From the human T2T-CHM13v2.0 reference genome, Homo sapiens: a stretch of DNA of 64,000 bases. The stretch lies in NCBI RefSeq assembly GCF_009914755.1, contig NC_060929.1, one strand, 5' to 3'. Below the pieces are notes generated by a model. It did no database searches. It saw only the letters and a list, made by a program, of their open reading frames with translations, and had not been told where the DNA came from. Both the position numbers and the translations under genes were made by a program. Shown piece by piece: positions 32,591-50,897 of this stretch (the stretch's first letter is position 1; each line of letters starts with the position of its first letter).

Positions 32591-34139
32591 GGTCTTGCAT
32601 TCATTATTAATATTACCTAAGTTAGACAACTCAACCAACTCATAGAGCCCCTAACCTTTCTGTCATTGTTCCTTTATGAACAACGGATTGTTGCCATTGT
32701 TCATAAAATATCCTCACCACACAAAAATGCAGGCATGCAGGCATATACACTTACTTTGTCACTAATATCACATTATTTTGGAATAAAATTTATATTATCA
32801 GACCCTAAAGATTTCCAAATAAGAAAACTAATATCTTATAATCCCTAAAATAATAGCCAGTGTTACATTTGATAATTATTTTGAAACTTAAAAATAAGAA
32901 TAATATATAACCTTTATCTTCTTGTTCTCTTTTGTTTTCACTTCTTCATTCTCATGCCAATCTCACTTATTTTCTCAGATACTCCCTGCCTGTTTGCATT
33001 GATTATCATAAGACTGTATGTGTAGGACAAAGTAATCAAAGAATTGGGTGAAAGTGGTCTTGTTTTTAAACATAAATTTGCTGCAATTTTTTCCAATTGA
33101 CACATTGTTTGACCAAAACAGCAAATCAATTTGGGTGAAACTGATTATTCAGTCACAGTGTTGCTTTTACAAAGCATCAACTTATCTACCAGAAAACAAA
33201 AGCATTGTTACTTTTCACCCCAGAGCTATATACTCCCTAGAAAGTATGACTTCATCTTGAAGGCATGCCACCTCTGCAGCCTTAATGAGATCTGTGGAAA
33301 TTGAAATGATGGGTACACAATCCTTCATAGGCAGCAGAAGACAAGTTTTCCAAACCTAAACCCTGTGATGTAGCCATTAATATCGAGGTTTTTTTTTTTT
33401 TCCTCATGGAACATGGTAATATTTTCTATCTAAAGAAGTTTATATAAGAAACTCAAAATCAACATTTCTAAATGTTTCTATTGTGTTCAAGAATTGCTCT
33501 AAACACTTTATATTTATTAACTCATTTAGCATTCACAGGAAACCTATGAGGCATCTGTATCTGAATATATGATTATTATCATCACTAGTCACACTTTATA
33601 AATAAAGGATTTATAAAATAATCATCTAGCAAGTAATTTGAATGAGGGGTCAAAACTAGGCAGTCTGTCTTGAGTGTTTGTGTTTCATCACTATCTTATA
33701 CCACTTATAAAGACAATAAGAACTAAAAGACTTATTGACGTTTAAGTTTTTCTAAATACTTCCTTTGCATTAACTTTTAATGTGTGCAATCAAATCAAAG
33801 TTTCTAATAAGAACAATAATAACGACAGCAGCAACAACCAAACCCCACATCAGAAATAGCTGGTGACTTCATAAGAAAAGGAGAAAAGAAAAAAATATGC
33901 ATGCCTAGATTGTGTATTTTAATATCTTTTTTTAGGCCACAGCAAGCAGGAAGATTAATATTTCTGTGCTTTGCATCATAAATTATACCACTTGATACAT
34001 TACCATTTTTTCTGATGATGATTTTGAAATAATGATTTTTAAAATTCATACAGTGAATAAATGCCATTTTGCTGATTAAAAAGAAATGACAGAGGAAAGC
34101 TACTTTCTCTCCTTTACTGATTCTCATTGAATTAGTATG

Positions 34140-34890
34140 TATTGAATACACACTCTTCTTCTTGTCTTACACTGTAGGTGTTGTCTTTATAGCTAAGAAA
34201 AAGGTCCCTGTTATAATGGAGTTTGCATTCTAGTGGGAGAGGGAGATAGAAAAGAAGTAGTTAGGCAATATAGTGTAAGATAGTGATAAGCACTAGAAAG
34301 GAAAGAAAGCAGGACAAAGGGATAGTGAATCCAGGAGGGAGGACTCTGGGCAAATGACACTGAAGTAAAAACTCAAATTATGAGTAGTAACACATATAGT
34401 CTGAGCAGAAGAGCAAGCGTAAATAAATGCTCTGAGGTGGGGACTAATCTAACATGTCCAGAGCAGTTCGGAGAGCAGTGCAATGGCAGAAAAATGAGGG
34501 AGGGGAGTAGTGGTAGATGTCGAGGTCAGAGAGATAGGCAGGGACCAGATGGGTGGCAACTTGTGAGATATGATATAGATATGAGTTTCATCCTATGTGT
34601 ATCACGGAAGAGTTGCAATCAGGACCATGATTTGATTTGTTTTGAATATGGCTACTGTGTAAAGACAAAACTATAGCAGGCAGTGGGAGAGGGCAGAACA
34701 ATCAGCAGGCCACTGCAGACATCCAGGCTAGAGATGATGTTGTTTGCACAAGAACGCTAGTAATGGAGGTGGGGAGAAGTGGAGATTCACAATCTATATT
34801 AGGGTAGAGAAAACAGGACTTGCTGAGGGATTAAAGGTGGAGTGGGAAGGAAAACAAAAGATCAAGGATGATCCAACTGCTTTCTCCCAT
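34140..34890 (-). mobile_element. L2 fragment
   Basis: 'gtccctgttataatggagtttgcattctagtggg', 'gtagagaaaacaggacttgctgagggatt...atcaaggatga'. Confidence 0.65.
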
Positions 34891-35322
34891 CTGTGTGGAA
34901 GAAAAAAGAACAACTTGAATGAATAGCAAAACAGCCTGAATTCAGATTACAATTATTACAGAATTTTAAAATTAAGTAAATTTGGAGCATCATACTGTTT
35001 TCATTTCCCATGAAGTTTTTATTTCCAAATGGGTTTTCAAAAAGATTTCTATTGATTTCCTTCTTTACCATTCAATTATTTCAATTTATTCTCCTTGCAT
35101 AAGAAGGAACCTCTGGGCAATGAAACCCACTAATATTAATTTTTCACTAGCCTATGTGGTTATTTTTCTGGCTAAAGTAATTTTTAAAACATTTGCAAAC
35201 TGAACAATCTCAGTAATCTTTAATGCATTTTACTTCTAGTTTTTCTTTAGCAAGGTGCCTTGCATAATCAAATTTTCGAAAGGCTATTGTGTTTGGCTTG
35301 TTAATACTCACAACATTTTGAG

Positions 35323-38973
<3,651 letters not shown>

Positions 38974-40827
38974 AAAGTGCAAAAGAAAATCATACCAAAA
39001 AAAAATACATTTTGAGTCATCTTGATTTATCGCTCTTGATCTTCAAAAGAAATGCTCAAGTGGAGAAAAATACATAGTTTCTTATCATTCAGAATAGTGA
39101 AATTCCTAAAGGTAGGAAAAATTAGGGAATATGATTGCCTTCAGCCCTGCCCTCAGAAGTAAACTTGTGACTCACCTGTAATGGAAAGGTCATATAATAT
39201 GGAATATGTGGCAGCTGAATGAATGTGTGGCAACAAGAACCTGAGGCTGTTCTTGGATCTACAATGTCCTATTTATTCTATGCCCAACGCTTGGAGTTTG
39301 ACATTTTTAACTGTACAGTTGAGCTGAACTAAGAGGAGAAAGCCAAAAGAGCATTTTGGTTTAAGCATAAGGACTTTTGAAACAATTTCAGCAATCATCT
39401 CAAAGCATAGAAATGGTTCCAATATTAATGCAATCACATTCTCTTGCTGTGGCCAACAGTCTCTGCATATTGAATGGGTTTTTACTGCTCGTCTCAAGTG
39501 AACCAGGGAATTATGCATTATGTTCCTGTTCTTCAAACAAGAAAGTCTCCTCAGCTACTCCTCAAACTCTTCCTCTCTGCAGGTGAAGGCGCTAGATTGG
39601 ATTTTCTAGGAAGTAAGATAGATTTTTCTAAGTGGCTCAACCCTATAGCAACAAACAAGCCTGCTACAGCTTCACATGGTGCCTCAATACTCCTTTCAGC
39701 TGGTGGAAACTGCATTCCAAAACCAGATGAAGATTATTTACCTTAGTCTCCAACTGTTTGATCGGGAGCTTGGCCAATCACTCCTCGCCATCAGCTTTCC
39801 TCAAGCTTACTGACCTCACTGTAAGTCTCAAGTCTTTGTGATGTTTGCTTTACCTGCCATGTTTTATAATTTCAGCCAAGATTTGCAAAAATAAAAAAAA
39901 AATTATATTTATTAGGTAAGAATAACGCTTCTAAACTGAATGAATTTTTCCCAAAAAATTTGTCTCAATTAAGGCTTTCTTGATGAAGAAAATCATAGTT
40001 CTATGGGTCTAAATTACTCAGAGACTGTGAAAGATCAGGATGAGAATAGGAGAAATGAGCAAAGGGAAGCATGAAGAAAAGTAAAAGGAAGAGGAAGAAC
40101 AAGCATAAAGGAACAAAGATGAAGTGGGGGAAGCTCCATGTGCTGTGTGTGAATGTGTGTGGCATGGGTGAGTGCTCAGGGACATCGGCACCAAAGAGTA
40201 AGTCATTTCTATTTTCTCAACATTTAAAATATAGACTATATACCTGATGTGCACTTGAGTGGCATTAATTGATAGTGATTTACTTTATTAAAAGTATCAT
40301 ATTCACCATTATGCTTTCAATTCAGTTATAAAGTTGCACTGAATGACCTGTTCATTTGGATTCATTTATGTTCAAGAGGAGGAATGAAATAGAATAAAAT
40401 ATAAATAAATGTATTTTCACAATTGTCATTAATTATTTTAAACTACGCAAAAATATTTTCCTTATGTCTCACTTTAGGAAAAATTCTAAATGAAAATTTA
40501 ACCTCATATATTAGAGAGGAAAAATGTTTTGTCATTTAAAAATAATTAATATACTCTTTTTAAAGTAGGATAGGAAACAAGATTCTCAACACATAATGTG
40601 ACTGCTCAATTTTAAACTCATATCTGCCAAGGATATTTTCTTGGTCATGTTCTCCTCTCTGAGTTCACTCTAAGCAATGCCCTTCAGTTTCACAACTTTA
40701 ACTCTCACTTTGTAATGGGTAATTTAAATTTCCTCTCTAGGCCCTGAGCTCTAAATATAAACCTAGAACTGCAGCATCCCTCTTACCTAAAATCAATGTT
40801 TTAAATTTCTTCAATATTCATCTACTA

Positions 40828-41117
40828 GACCGGGCGTGATAGCTCACGCCTGTAATCCCAGCACTTTGGGAGGCCAAGGCGGGCGGATCCCGAGATCAGC
40901 AGATGGAGACCATCCTGGCTAACATGGTGAAACCCCGTCTCTACTAAAAATACAAAAAACAAAATTAGCCAGGTGTGGTGGTGGGCGCCTGTAGTCCCAG
41001 CTACTCTGGAGGCTGAGGCAGGAGAATAGCGTGAACCCGGGAGGCGGAGCTTGCAGTGACCCGAGACCTGCACTCCAGGCTGGGCAACAGAGCGAGACTC
41101 CATCTCAGAAAAAAAAC
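40828..41117 (+). mobile_element. AluY-type element within an L2 fragment (~40630-41360)
   Basis: 'ctggctaacatgg', 'gcgtgaacccgggaggcggagcttgcag'; short TSD actagac. Confidence 0.9.
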
Positions 41118-41366
41118 TAGACAATATGACAGCACCACCCTTCTGTTAAAAAATAAACTTGTAATGAATCATTATTATGAAAGATTGTTCAGTCTAAACT
41201 CCCCATTTGATTCGTCAAAACTGTTCAAAGTTTTGGTCTCAGACTGTCTTTGTAATTTCCTTCCACCACTATCTTTCCTGTACATCATATTCCACACAAT
41301 CTGAGGTTGCTATTTGTCATGGACATCTTGCAGTTTCTCTCTGTATGCCTGATCATCTTTACTCCA

Positions 41367-41818
41367 TAGGGCAGCCATGGACATGTTCCCTTCAGATCTC
41401 TTTAAGAAAACCTGCTATAGGGAGCAGAGTTAACTGAAAGCCTGCAGCAGCCAGTCCTGTGAATGCTGAGACCACATTTTCCTGGGGCTACTGTTAACCA
41501 GTGACTCAGCATAGTAGAATTATGAGTGCTAGCCCATTTCTGCCCTGTGCAATATGTCTCAAATAGGCAACTTTGATTCATGGAACCCCCATGATCCTGC
41601 CTGAGACTTTCTGAGAACAATGCTACAGCCTAGAGCTCTTCCTATCTAATTCTTCCCTCTCTCCTTTTAAAAAGAACAGACATGCATCATGTTCTGAGGC
41701 TTTCTTTATCTACTCTTACACCTTCACCCTTTATTCTTCATAAGTGTCTCCCCTAATAAATGTCTAGTACACATAGTCCCATGTTGGTGTCTGCTTCTCA
41801 GAAGACCCAAGGTGACAA
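41367..41818 (+). mobile_element. LTR16-like (ERVL) solo LTR
   Basis: Start 'ggcagccatgg...cagatctc', AATAAA at ~41755, end 'ggtgtctgcttctcagaagaccc..gtgaca'. Confidence 0.75.
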
Positions 41819-41990
41819 ACACTTCTCATCTCTGTGTGTCTACTTCTACTCATCCTGCAAGATTGAATTCAAATACAATTCATCAGCAATTCTCCAATTA
41901 ATTATCTGAGAGCAGCTCTTTTTCTCCTCTGATATATCCTTTCATTCCTCTTTTTATGGTATTTTATTCCTTTAAAAATGTATGAATATG

Positions 41991-44030
41991 GGATGTTTGG
42001 ACCCACAGTGGCAGTGGCTGCTGTGCATGCCAACCTATGCATGGTGGCAGCTGGGGATCCCAAGGTTGGGCCTCTCCCGCAGGTGCTGACCTAGCTGGGT
42101 TGTGAGTGGACAGTGGCCTCAGTGGCCAGCCAGCCAGGTTGAGGCTCTGGAGAACAGAGCAGAGCCTGGGCCCAGGCCTGAGCCAGGGCAGGATGGGTGC
42201 CCAACAGCCCCTGGCCCACCTGGTGGGTAGGGCAGCAACAGTGGCCTCCTTAGATGAAGAGAGCTTTGCACTGTACTTAACCTCTAATGCAGAATTTGAT
42301 GCTGTGATAGGATATTTAGAGGATATTATCAAAGATGACAAGTTCTAGTTATTAGAGAAATTTCATGGACAAGTACTACTGAGAGTTTGCAGATGCAGAA
42401 GAAAATAAACTCAACTTCATGCCTATTTTTAATGAATATATTTCTTTGGTAGGAAAGTATATAGAACAGCTGCTGGAGAGGATTCCTGGATTTAACATGG
42501 CAGTTTTCACAGCAACATTACAGCACCATAAGGATGAAGTGGCTGGTGACATATTCAACACGCTGCTCGCATTTATAGATTTTTCTGGCTTTTAAAGAAA
42601 TATTTCTGGACTACAAAGTGGAAAAAACAGGCCAGGGACTGGACTTAAGCAGTGGTTTAGTGGTGACTTTGCCGTGCAAATCATCTTCTATGCCAGCTTC
42701 CCAGAACAATCTGCTGCACTAAGTTCCTGCCTCCAGGCAATGAATGGGAGCATTCTGGACGTCACTGGCCCAGTAGGCCAATAGGCTCAGCTAATTATCA
42801 CAGAAGAATACATCTTAAATAGACTGACTCTGTTCTGCAACTCTTCATTCATGTTAAGTATTGATGGGTCAAAACCAAAATGATCTGACACTCCTAGACC
42901 TGTTTCTCCTGAAACACTTTTCTGTATTTTATAACCTTAGTACTCTTCCCCAAGTGCTCAGTAACCCTAGTATTCCTCCCCTCCCCAACTAGACACCTCT
43001 TTCAGGTGCTCTGAGTCAGATTCCTCTGAAGCAAGCCCATGTCAAGCATTCCACCTAGCGGGGCCCTTCCCCCAGTATATGTGTTGGTATGTCAACACAT
43101 CTACCATCACCAACTCTTCTTGTCCCGGCAGGCTCTGCATGAATCTCTTTGTGCACTCACAGTTCTTTTTTATATGAGTCAGAGTTTCGGTCCTTCAGCC
43201 TCAATGGGGCTTTTGAGTATTTGGGAGTACTTATCTAGGGTGTTCCTCAAGCCAGCTGCCTGCCTTGAGATTTCCGAATCTCCCATGTTCACAGCTTGTC
43301 TTGGCTGTAGGCATCAACAGAAACAGTGAAACTGTATCAGGACTGTTTCTGGAAGTCTTTTTGAACCATTATTTTTGAAAAAAATATAGATGAATATGCA
43401 GGCTAACCTAGTAAATATAATCTTGAAATTTCCATGATTACCCACTTAAAGATCAAAGTATCCTATGCCATGTGCTTTTTAGTTGTTAATGCTATGAAGA
43501 AAAAAATGCTTTCTATATTGGTGTTCAATTATATCTTATTGAGCACCAATGAATGTATACTGTGTGCTGGAAGCAGACCAACAGATATTCTGTTATTATA
43601 GCATGTTAAGTGTGTTTATGCATGGTTGTGGAAAATATTTTCCATATAAACCAGTTTGTTAGATTTTTCTGTTGGGGTAGGTAGGGACTCCGTGATTTCT
43701 TCTTCCTGTCAAAATCTTTCCTATCAAGATGGTGTTTCAGTAGCCTAGCTCAACATGAGTAGGAGATAGTAAACAGCTTTACTGATCATCTGTCTGCTTT
43801 GGTTTAGTACAATGTTTGGTAGAATATTATTTATCAGAAATCACATATGTCACATCTGTATAAGAAGAAGAAACATAGTTGTTCAAGCCCCAATGTGTAA
43901 CTTTGATTTTTTAAAGTAAAAATAAGAATCTGTATTGAATTTGGATATTCTGGTTTTAAAGGATAAGTTACAAGCTATATATTTTTCTGTACTGATGTGT
44001 TGTTTATTTATACTTTGGTACCATGAGTAG
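41991..44030 (+). pseudogene. ARL2BP: Processed pseudogene of ARL2BP (BART) with 5'UTR, CDS remnant 42241-42722 and ~1.3-kb 3'UTR
   Basis: Translates to 'ESFAL..SNAEFDAVIGYLEDII..DDKF*LL', 'EENKL..PIFNEYISLV', 'QHHKDEVAGDIF', 'GLDLSSGLVVT.CKSSS.PASQNNL.H*'. No introns; start codon is GTG; TAG at 42346; frameshifts. TSD aaaaatgtatgaatatg (41974-41990) / aaaaaaatatgaatatg (44031-44047) at a TTT/AAAAA L1-endonuclease site. Confidence 0.95.
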
Positions 44031-44691
44031 AAAAAAATATGAATATGTTTTATGTTGAAAACTAACATAAAACCATTGTCTGCAATAATTTAAAGACAAT
44101 TATCCTTATCAAAAGAGAGTAAACATATAGGCCAAGATTTGAAAAATGATTGGTGAGCTTAACTTCAAAAACCTGGGTAAGCATAAAACTAATTTGAATA
44201 TCATAATGATTCCTTCATGTCTGACAGTCTCCTGAATGATATGTAGTTGTATGATTACCCATAAAATATCTTTAGTCTTCAAGGAAAATTGACATTCCAG
44301 GAATTAGTAACAAATCAATCCTGTAGATTCCCATTCTCCTTGCTCATCAGTGTAGTCATGGAACTACATGTACTCTACTTTGAGATTAATAGTACAGGAC
44401 TATCATCTTTTTGGACACCAAGATTCATATGAGGATCTTCTTCTCTTCATCGTTTTATCTTTCTTTCACCTCCCTTTCTTTCTTCCCTATTGCAGCCTAT
44501 CACTCTACCCTTCTCTCCTTTTCCTTCTTCCATTCCTATATTTTACTTTCATCACTTTAACGTAAAATGTAATACAGCATAAAAAGAACGCTAACGGGAG
44601 AATGACTAGGTGCCATCAGAGGACAGAAGATTATTTCTGAAGACAGGATTGAGGAGGTACATCGTGAGCTCCGTTTTTAAGAAAGATTAAA

Positions 44692-45030
<339 letters not shown>

Positions 45031-46002
45031 GAAAATTTCTAGGCAAAAGTAACAACATTTGCAGTAATAGAAATAAAGAAAAGGGGACATATTACTTGCT
45101 GGTACTGGTGAAGATTTTAAGATTTTATATGTGTTAATAGATACATATTAAATCTACATAGATAATATAATACATAAGACAATAAAGTTTATGTTGCAAA
45201 GAATAGGGAAATACATCTTTTATGTCACAATAGTACATTTGAAAATTTTCCTGATAGTAATACTGAACTGATGGAGGGTTTAGGCTGGAGATAAATAATA
45301 AGATTTAGATTTAGGAAAGATAATTTTGCTGGTGATTTAATGATGGACTAGGGGAGAGGGCTTGAGTAATACCTGGCATAATACAGATAGTGCACCAATA
45401 TGTATTTTAATACATAACTACATTTGCAAATAAATAGACATGCAGTCTATTCATAAAGGAATTTATTGGCATCCACTGATATGCTTAGCTCTGTAGCATT
45501 CTCAAATTATTACAAAATATTTACTTGGATATTACCTTAGCTTGGAAATTAGTTCATACATTCAAATAATATGAAATGTGGACCATCTCCATAACAGTGG
45601 TTTTAAAAAGGTAATACTTAGGGAGTGTGAATCAAGTAAGAATGTTGTCATAGGTCAATGTTAGAAAGGAATCCTGGTAACTCACAAGAAAAAGTCTGTT
45701 TATGATTGAGGCTAGCCTTGGACTGCAAAGAACTATTTAAAGGGAAATTTGGAGGATTTATTTATATTACCACAAAATTGGAGGAAAAAGCAGCAACATT
45801 ATTAGTAAAGAATCCTCAAACATGCCTCCTGAAGCCCTCCTATGCCAGCACTCTCCTAGATGACTCATGTTGTCAAAAATATTATGCATTTCAGAACATC
45901 TGAAACTTCTGGTAGGACTGTGATCTCAAGCATGGCTGTAAGGGCCTCTCCTTAAGATGTGGGTGCTGCCTCATGGTGCCATGTTGGTAGCCAGTGATGG
46001 TT

Positions 46003-46496
46003 TTTTTAATTATTATTATACTTTAAGTTTTAGGGTACATGTGCATGATGTGCTGGTTAGTTACATATGTATACATGTGCCATGCTGGTGTGCTGCACCC
46101 ATTAACTCATCATTTAGCATTAGGTATATCTCCTAAAGCTATCCCTCCCCACTCCCCCCACCCCACAACAGTCCCCAGAGTGTGATGTTCCCCTTCCTGT
46201 GTCCATGTGTTCTCATTGTTCAATTCCCACCTATGAGTGAGAATATGTGGTGTTTGGTTTTTTGTTCTTGTGATAGTTTACTGAGAATGATGATTTCCAA
46301 TTTCATCCATGTCCCTACAAAGGACATGAACTCATCATTTTTTATGGCTGCATAGTATTCCATGGTATATATGTGCCACATTTTCTTAATCCAGTCTATC
46401 ATTGTTGGACATTTTGGTTGGTTCCAAGTCTTTGCTATTGTGAATAGTGCCGCAATAAACATACGTGTGCATGTGTCTTTATAGCAGCATGATTTA
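46003..46496 (-). mobile_element. Young 5'-truncated L1PA2/3 3' end
   Basis: 'tactttaagttttagggtacatg', 'cctaaagctatcc', 'gatgatttccaatttcatcc'; TSD tgatggtt (45995-46002, 46497-46504). Confidence 0.92.
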
Positions 46497-47574
46497 TGAT
46501 GGTTAACATTCATTTCATTTGTCACCCAATAAGAATTCATCAGCTTCCTTGGTAAGTAGATACTTAGAAAACATATTTTTATTTGAGCTTCACAGTAACT
46601 CTACGAAATATCTATTATTACTCCCATTTTATAGGTGTTTACATAGTAGCTCAAAAGATGTTAAATAGTTTGCCAGTTATCACAGAGCTAGAGACATGTG
46701 GAGTACACAATAAAACCCCGGATTGACCAACTCCGATGCCTTTCTTTTAGAGCATTCTAGAATGCTATCAATCTAAACAAATGTTCATAACTCAATGTCA
46801 TAGTTCTATAGATAAGTGTAAACATCAAACCTCAGGTGTGAAAGATAGGTACCTCCTATAGATAGGGTAGGGGATGAATGCATGAGCTGGATCTCACCAT
46901 CCAAGATCTAAAACATTAAATTAATAAAACTTATAACAATCTGTCCTACATTCCTACTTTGACTCTCCATCATTTTCTGACACACACCCAAAACACAGAC
47001 ACACACGCAGTCCAATAAGGCATGATTTGAAACTAATAATTTTTAAAAGGTAACCTTAAAAGAAGACCCAGTAGCCTATTCCAATATGTAGGAAGACTTT
47101 CAGAAAAGCATATGGAAATTTGATGAACTGGTTAAACATATCCTGCCTTCTGCAAAGTAAGGAAAAATAATACTTTGCTTTTAAAAAGCACGATGACAGA
47201 TTAATGCTTTACAGATGACTAGAAGGTAAATACTACTTTAAGACTAACTTTGAAGCTGAGAGGCTATTATTTAGAAACTCAAAAGAGTAGTACAAAGGCA
47301 ATATGAATATTTGCAAACTCAAATAGGAAAATTTATTTTCCAAAAATGTCATTTTAATTGACAAGAACATGAGATGTCACAAATAAAACCCATAGATCTG
47401 GATAAGTTCAGCAACTGGATATTAAAAATACAGAAATCAGCAGCAACATGATTAACTGATTATAAGTAAATGGTTTTACTGGTATCAGAGTTATACTATT
47501 AAAATGTACTGAAATAGTCATACTTGCTGTTTGCTTTTGTTTCCCACTGATAGCAATTAAATAAGAATTATTTA

Positions 47575-48650
47575 ATAATTTATTCAATCTGTATTTATTA
47601 CATGCTTATCAGGCACTGTTCTGGTTTGGCACCGTGGGTAAAGCAATGAACATGAGAGAATACTCACTGCCCTTTGTGGCTTATGTTCTAGTAAGAAGAG
47701 GCAGAAAAACGTTTTCTATCAATATACAGGATAGGTAAGGACAAGTGCTATGAAGCAAGGAGGAGAGAGACTTGCCAGGGTGGGTGTCTCTTTATATAAG
47801 GTAGACAAGGTGAGCCTCTCTGATATGGTGAAAGTTGAACAAAGGCCTGAACTACATGAAGAAGTAAGTCATGCAAATATCAGGGGAGAATGTTGCAAGC
47901 AGAAAGAAGAGCAAGCACAATGGCTCTGAGTCCTTAGTGAATTCAAGAAGCATTAAGGGAGTCAAGTATAGCTAGAACACAATACATAAGGGGGCATGGA
48001 GTTAGAAAAGTAGTGGGTTCAGATCACATAGAACCTTGTTAGCCATTACAGGAGATGTGACTTGACTTTTACTCTGAGTAAGATAGACAGTCATCAAGGG
48101 CTTTGAGAAAGGGGTGCATAGCATCTGACTTATGATTCAAAAGTATCTCTGGCTACTATGGTATGGAAAATAGATTATAGAGGAACTGAGAGACTAGGGA
48201 AGAGGCCATTTTCAGTAACCCATATTACAGCTATAATGCCCTGGTTTAGGCTAAGAGTCAAGGTGGTGAAATGTGCTTGAATTCTGGATAGAGTCTAAGG
48301 GCAGGGCCAATAAGATTTGCCAGTGGATTCAGTGTTAGGAATAAGTAACAGAAAGAAAAATAAAAGGATCACACTAAGAATTTTGGCCTGAAAAACAGTT
48401 AAATGGAAGTGTTTCTATTTCCTAATATGGAAAAGACCATGTTGAAGCTAGAAAATTCAGTGTTCAATGTTGGGCACTTTAAGTTTTAGTCATGTATTAG
48501 ACATCCAAGCAGAGATGTTAAGTAGAGAGTTGGATATGTGAGTTGGGGGTTCAGGGGAGAAGTCTAGACTGGAAATACGAATTTGGAAGTAATCAACAAA
48601 ATGTCATTGAAAAGCAAGATATTAGATGAGGTCATAAAGAAAGTAAATGT
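47575..48650 (-). mobile_element. L2 element (3' end at left)
   Basis: 'tattcaatctgtatttatt...caggcactgttct', 'tgactttttactctgagt'-like, 'tagacatccaagcagagatgttaagtag' L2 motifs. Confidence 0.75.
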
Positions 48651-49659
48651 AATACATACTTCCATGTTTAAGTTGATGTTTAGTTATCAGAAATATGGGT
48701 TACTGTTTCATATAAGGTGATACTCTGGCTATATATTCAAAGTTACTAGTATTTACTAATTGGTTTTAATAATATTCTTAGTAAACATGACTTTTTATTT
48801 TCAAGTGATTTTATTTTTAGTTTTCCTAGCTTATGGAATGATTTTTAAGCTCTTTTATGATAGGGCAATGTCTTAATTATTTTGCATCTTCCCATAATGC
48901 TTAGTAAAACATTTGACGTGAGTTTCAATAAATGTGCTGAATTCAAAAATATATAGATGTGAAAAAATCAAAATGAAGACTCCAGATTATTTATTATGAT
49001 ATACCTACAGCTTGGTGCTCTAATAAACATGCAAATGTAAAAATATGATTTCACCTGCACTCTAGGAGTTTCACATTTGTTATTCCCCCTCACATATTCT
49101 ATTTAAAAACAGAATTCCATTTTGTGATAGAATTACAGCTGCTGGTGTTCCTGGGACACTGAACTGCTGTCAATGCTATAATAGTATAATAATTTATCGA
49201 TATTTATAGTAACACTATAGGAAAAATTGTATTATGACTATTTTATCACTTTAAATAAAAGAAAACAAATTATGCATGCAAGATTGAAGACTAACAAGTT
49301 ACAGAACTTGGATTCAAACCCATGTCACAATTTGACTTAAGAAACCAGGATTTTATTTTTATTCTACCATCACTCTTATCTGAGAAGTCTCTAACAATCA
49401 CAAACTAATAGCTGTATGAGACTGAAATATGATAGAAAGCATGTTTTTGAAAAAAATCAAGAAAGAGAGCAAGAAAAAAAAGAAATCCAACCATACAGAC
49501 AATGTAGAATATTGTCTCGATTCTTACAAGCATGGAAAGAGAAGCAAGATAAAGAATTATCCCCTTGTTATGTTTGCATAGATATGCTTCAAATTTATAA
49601 TAACCAGATTTAGAAAGCCATGTTGAGTCTTTGCTCTTATAGCTCTCATTCCAGATACT

Positions 49660-50880
49660 GACTTAACATTTGCCAAGTACGTACTATGTACCATCTCCAG
49701 TGCTAGAAGCTGAAAGCAAGAAGATAAATAACACATGGCCCCTAGTAGGCAAGGAAGTTTGCAGTTTATTGAAAGAGATAAATGAATAAACAAAAGTTAT
49801 AATAAACTGAGTAAATGCTTATGTAGGAGGTTTACATAGTTACTTGATTACATAGTAGCAGCAACTAACACACTTCCTTGAGAATGTGATGCCTGAGCTG
49901 AATCTTGAAGGATGAAGTGTTAACCAGGCAGGGAGGGTACTCCTGGAACAGGGATGGTACAACCAAATGTCTGTTCAACGAACTGCAAGCAGCTTACTTT
50001 GGCTGATCAGATAAGGGTTAGGGAGGGTGAGGGTGACTGGTGATAAATTTTCAGGGATGAGACTGGAGAGGTAAGTAGGTGACAGATCATAAAATTCTTT
50101 CTAATTCATAGCAAGAAATTTGAACATTGGCCTTGAAGAATTTCTAGCTTGAGAATGACATGATAAGATTCATAGTTTAGGAAGCCAATTGGCTGAAGTG
50201 TATAGAATTTACTTGAAGAATGGATAAGGCTATTCATCCACAGGAGGAAAAATTATTGCTTGTTGCAGTAATCAAGGTGAGCAAACATGATGCTCTGCAC
50301 CAAGGGAGATGGAGAGACACATATAGCTTAGAAAATTTAGAATTGATTAGAATTATTGACTGGATAGATATGAGAGGAAGGATAAGCCCAATTTTCTAAG
50401 CTTTGAGAAAAGACTGTACCATGATCGAAATTGGCAAATAAGTTAGAAGAACTGGTAGGAGAAGGGTAGTTGAATAATGATGAGTTTGGTTTTTGAAGTG
50501 TTGATATTGAGAAGCACAAGAGGCTTGTTTGTGCAGAGCAGTAGCAAATGTATATAATAAGTCTTAATCTCAGAAGAGAGATCTGAGTAGCTGATATAAA
50601 CTTGAGAGTCACAATTGAAACAATGGGTATAGATGAGACCAACTCTTAGAGAGCAAAGAAGAGTAGAGAAGGATAATGAAGGGTAGCATAATAGAAGTGA
50701 AGAAAAGGAGGGGACAGGAAGGAAGGTGAAAAAAAAGGGAACAGAAGGAGAAGGATAGAGTATTGGGAAATCCTAATATTTAAGAGGCATGTCAGAGGCT
50801 TGAGAAGGAGTTTTAGAAGGATACATTTGACAGTTCAAAGGAAAATGGGAAAATGTGTTGTGAGAAAATCTAGAGAGGAA
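49660..50880 (-). mobile_element. L2 element
   Basis: 'tgcctgagctgaatcttgaaggatg', 'gagactggagaggtaagtagg...cagatcat', 'tgatgagtttggtttttgaag'. Confidence 0.7.
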
Positions 50881-50897
50881 ATTACTTCAAAAAACAA

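Noticed and set aside
33800-34140. Possible conserved non-coding element and 115-aa minus ORF
   Set aside because: Conservation cannot be judged without alignments, and the peptide is not recognisable.
42106-42348. Functional ARL2BP gene
   Set aside because: Intronless, start codon lost, premature TAG, frameshifts and TSDs: a processed pseudogene.
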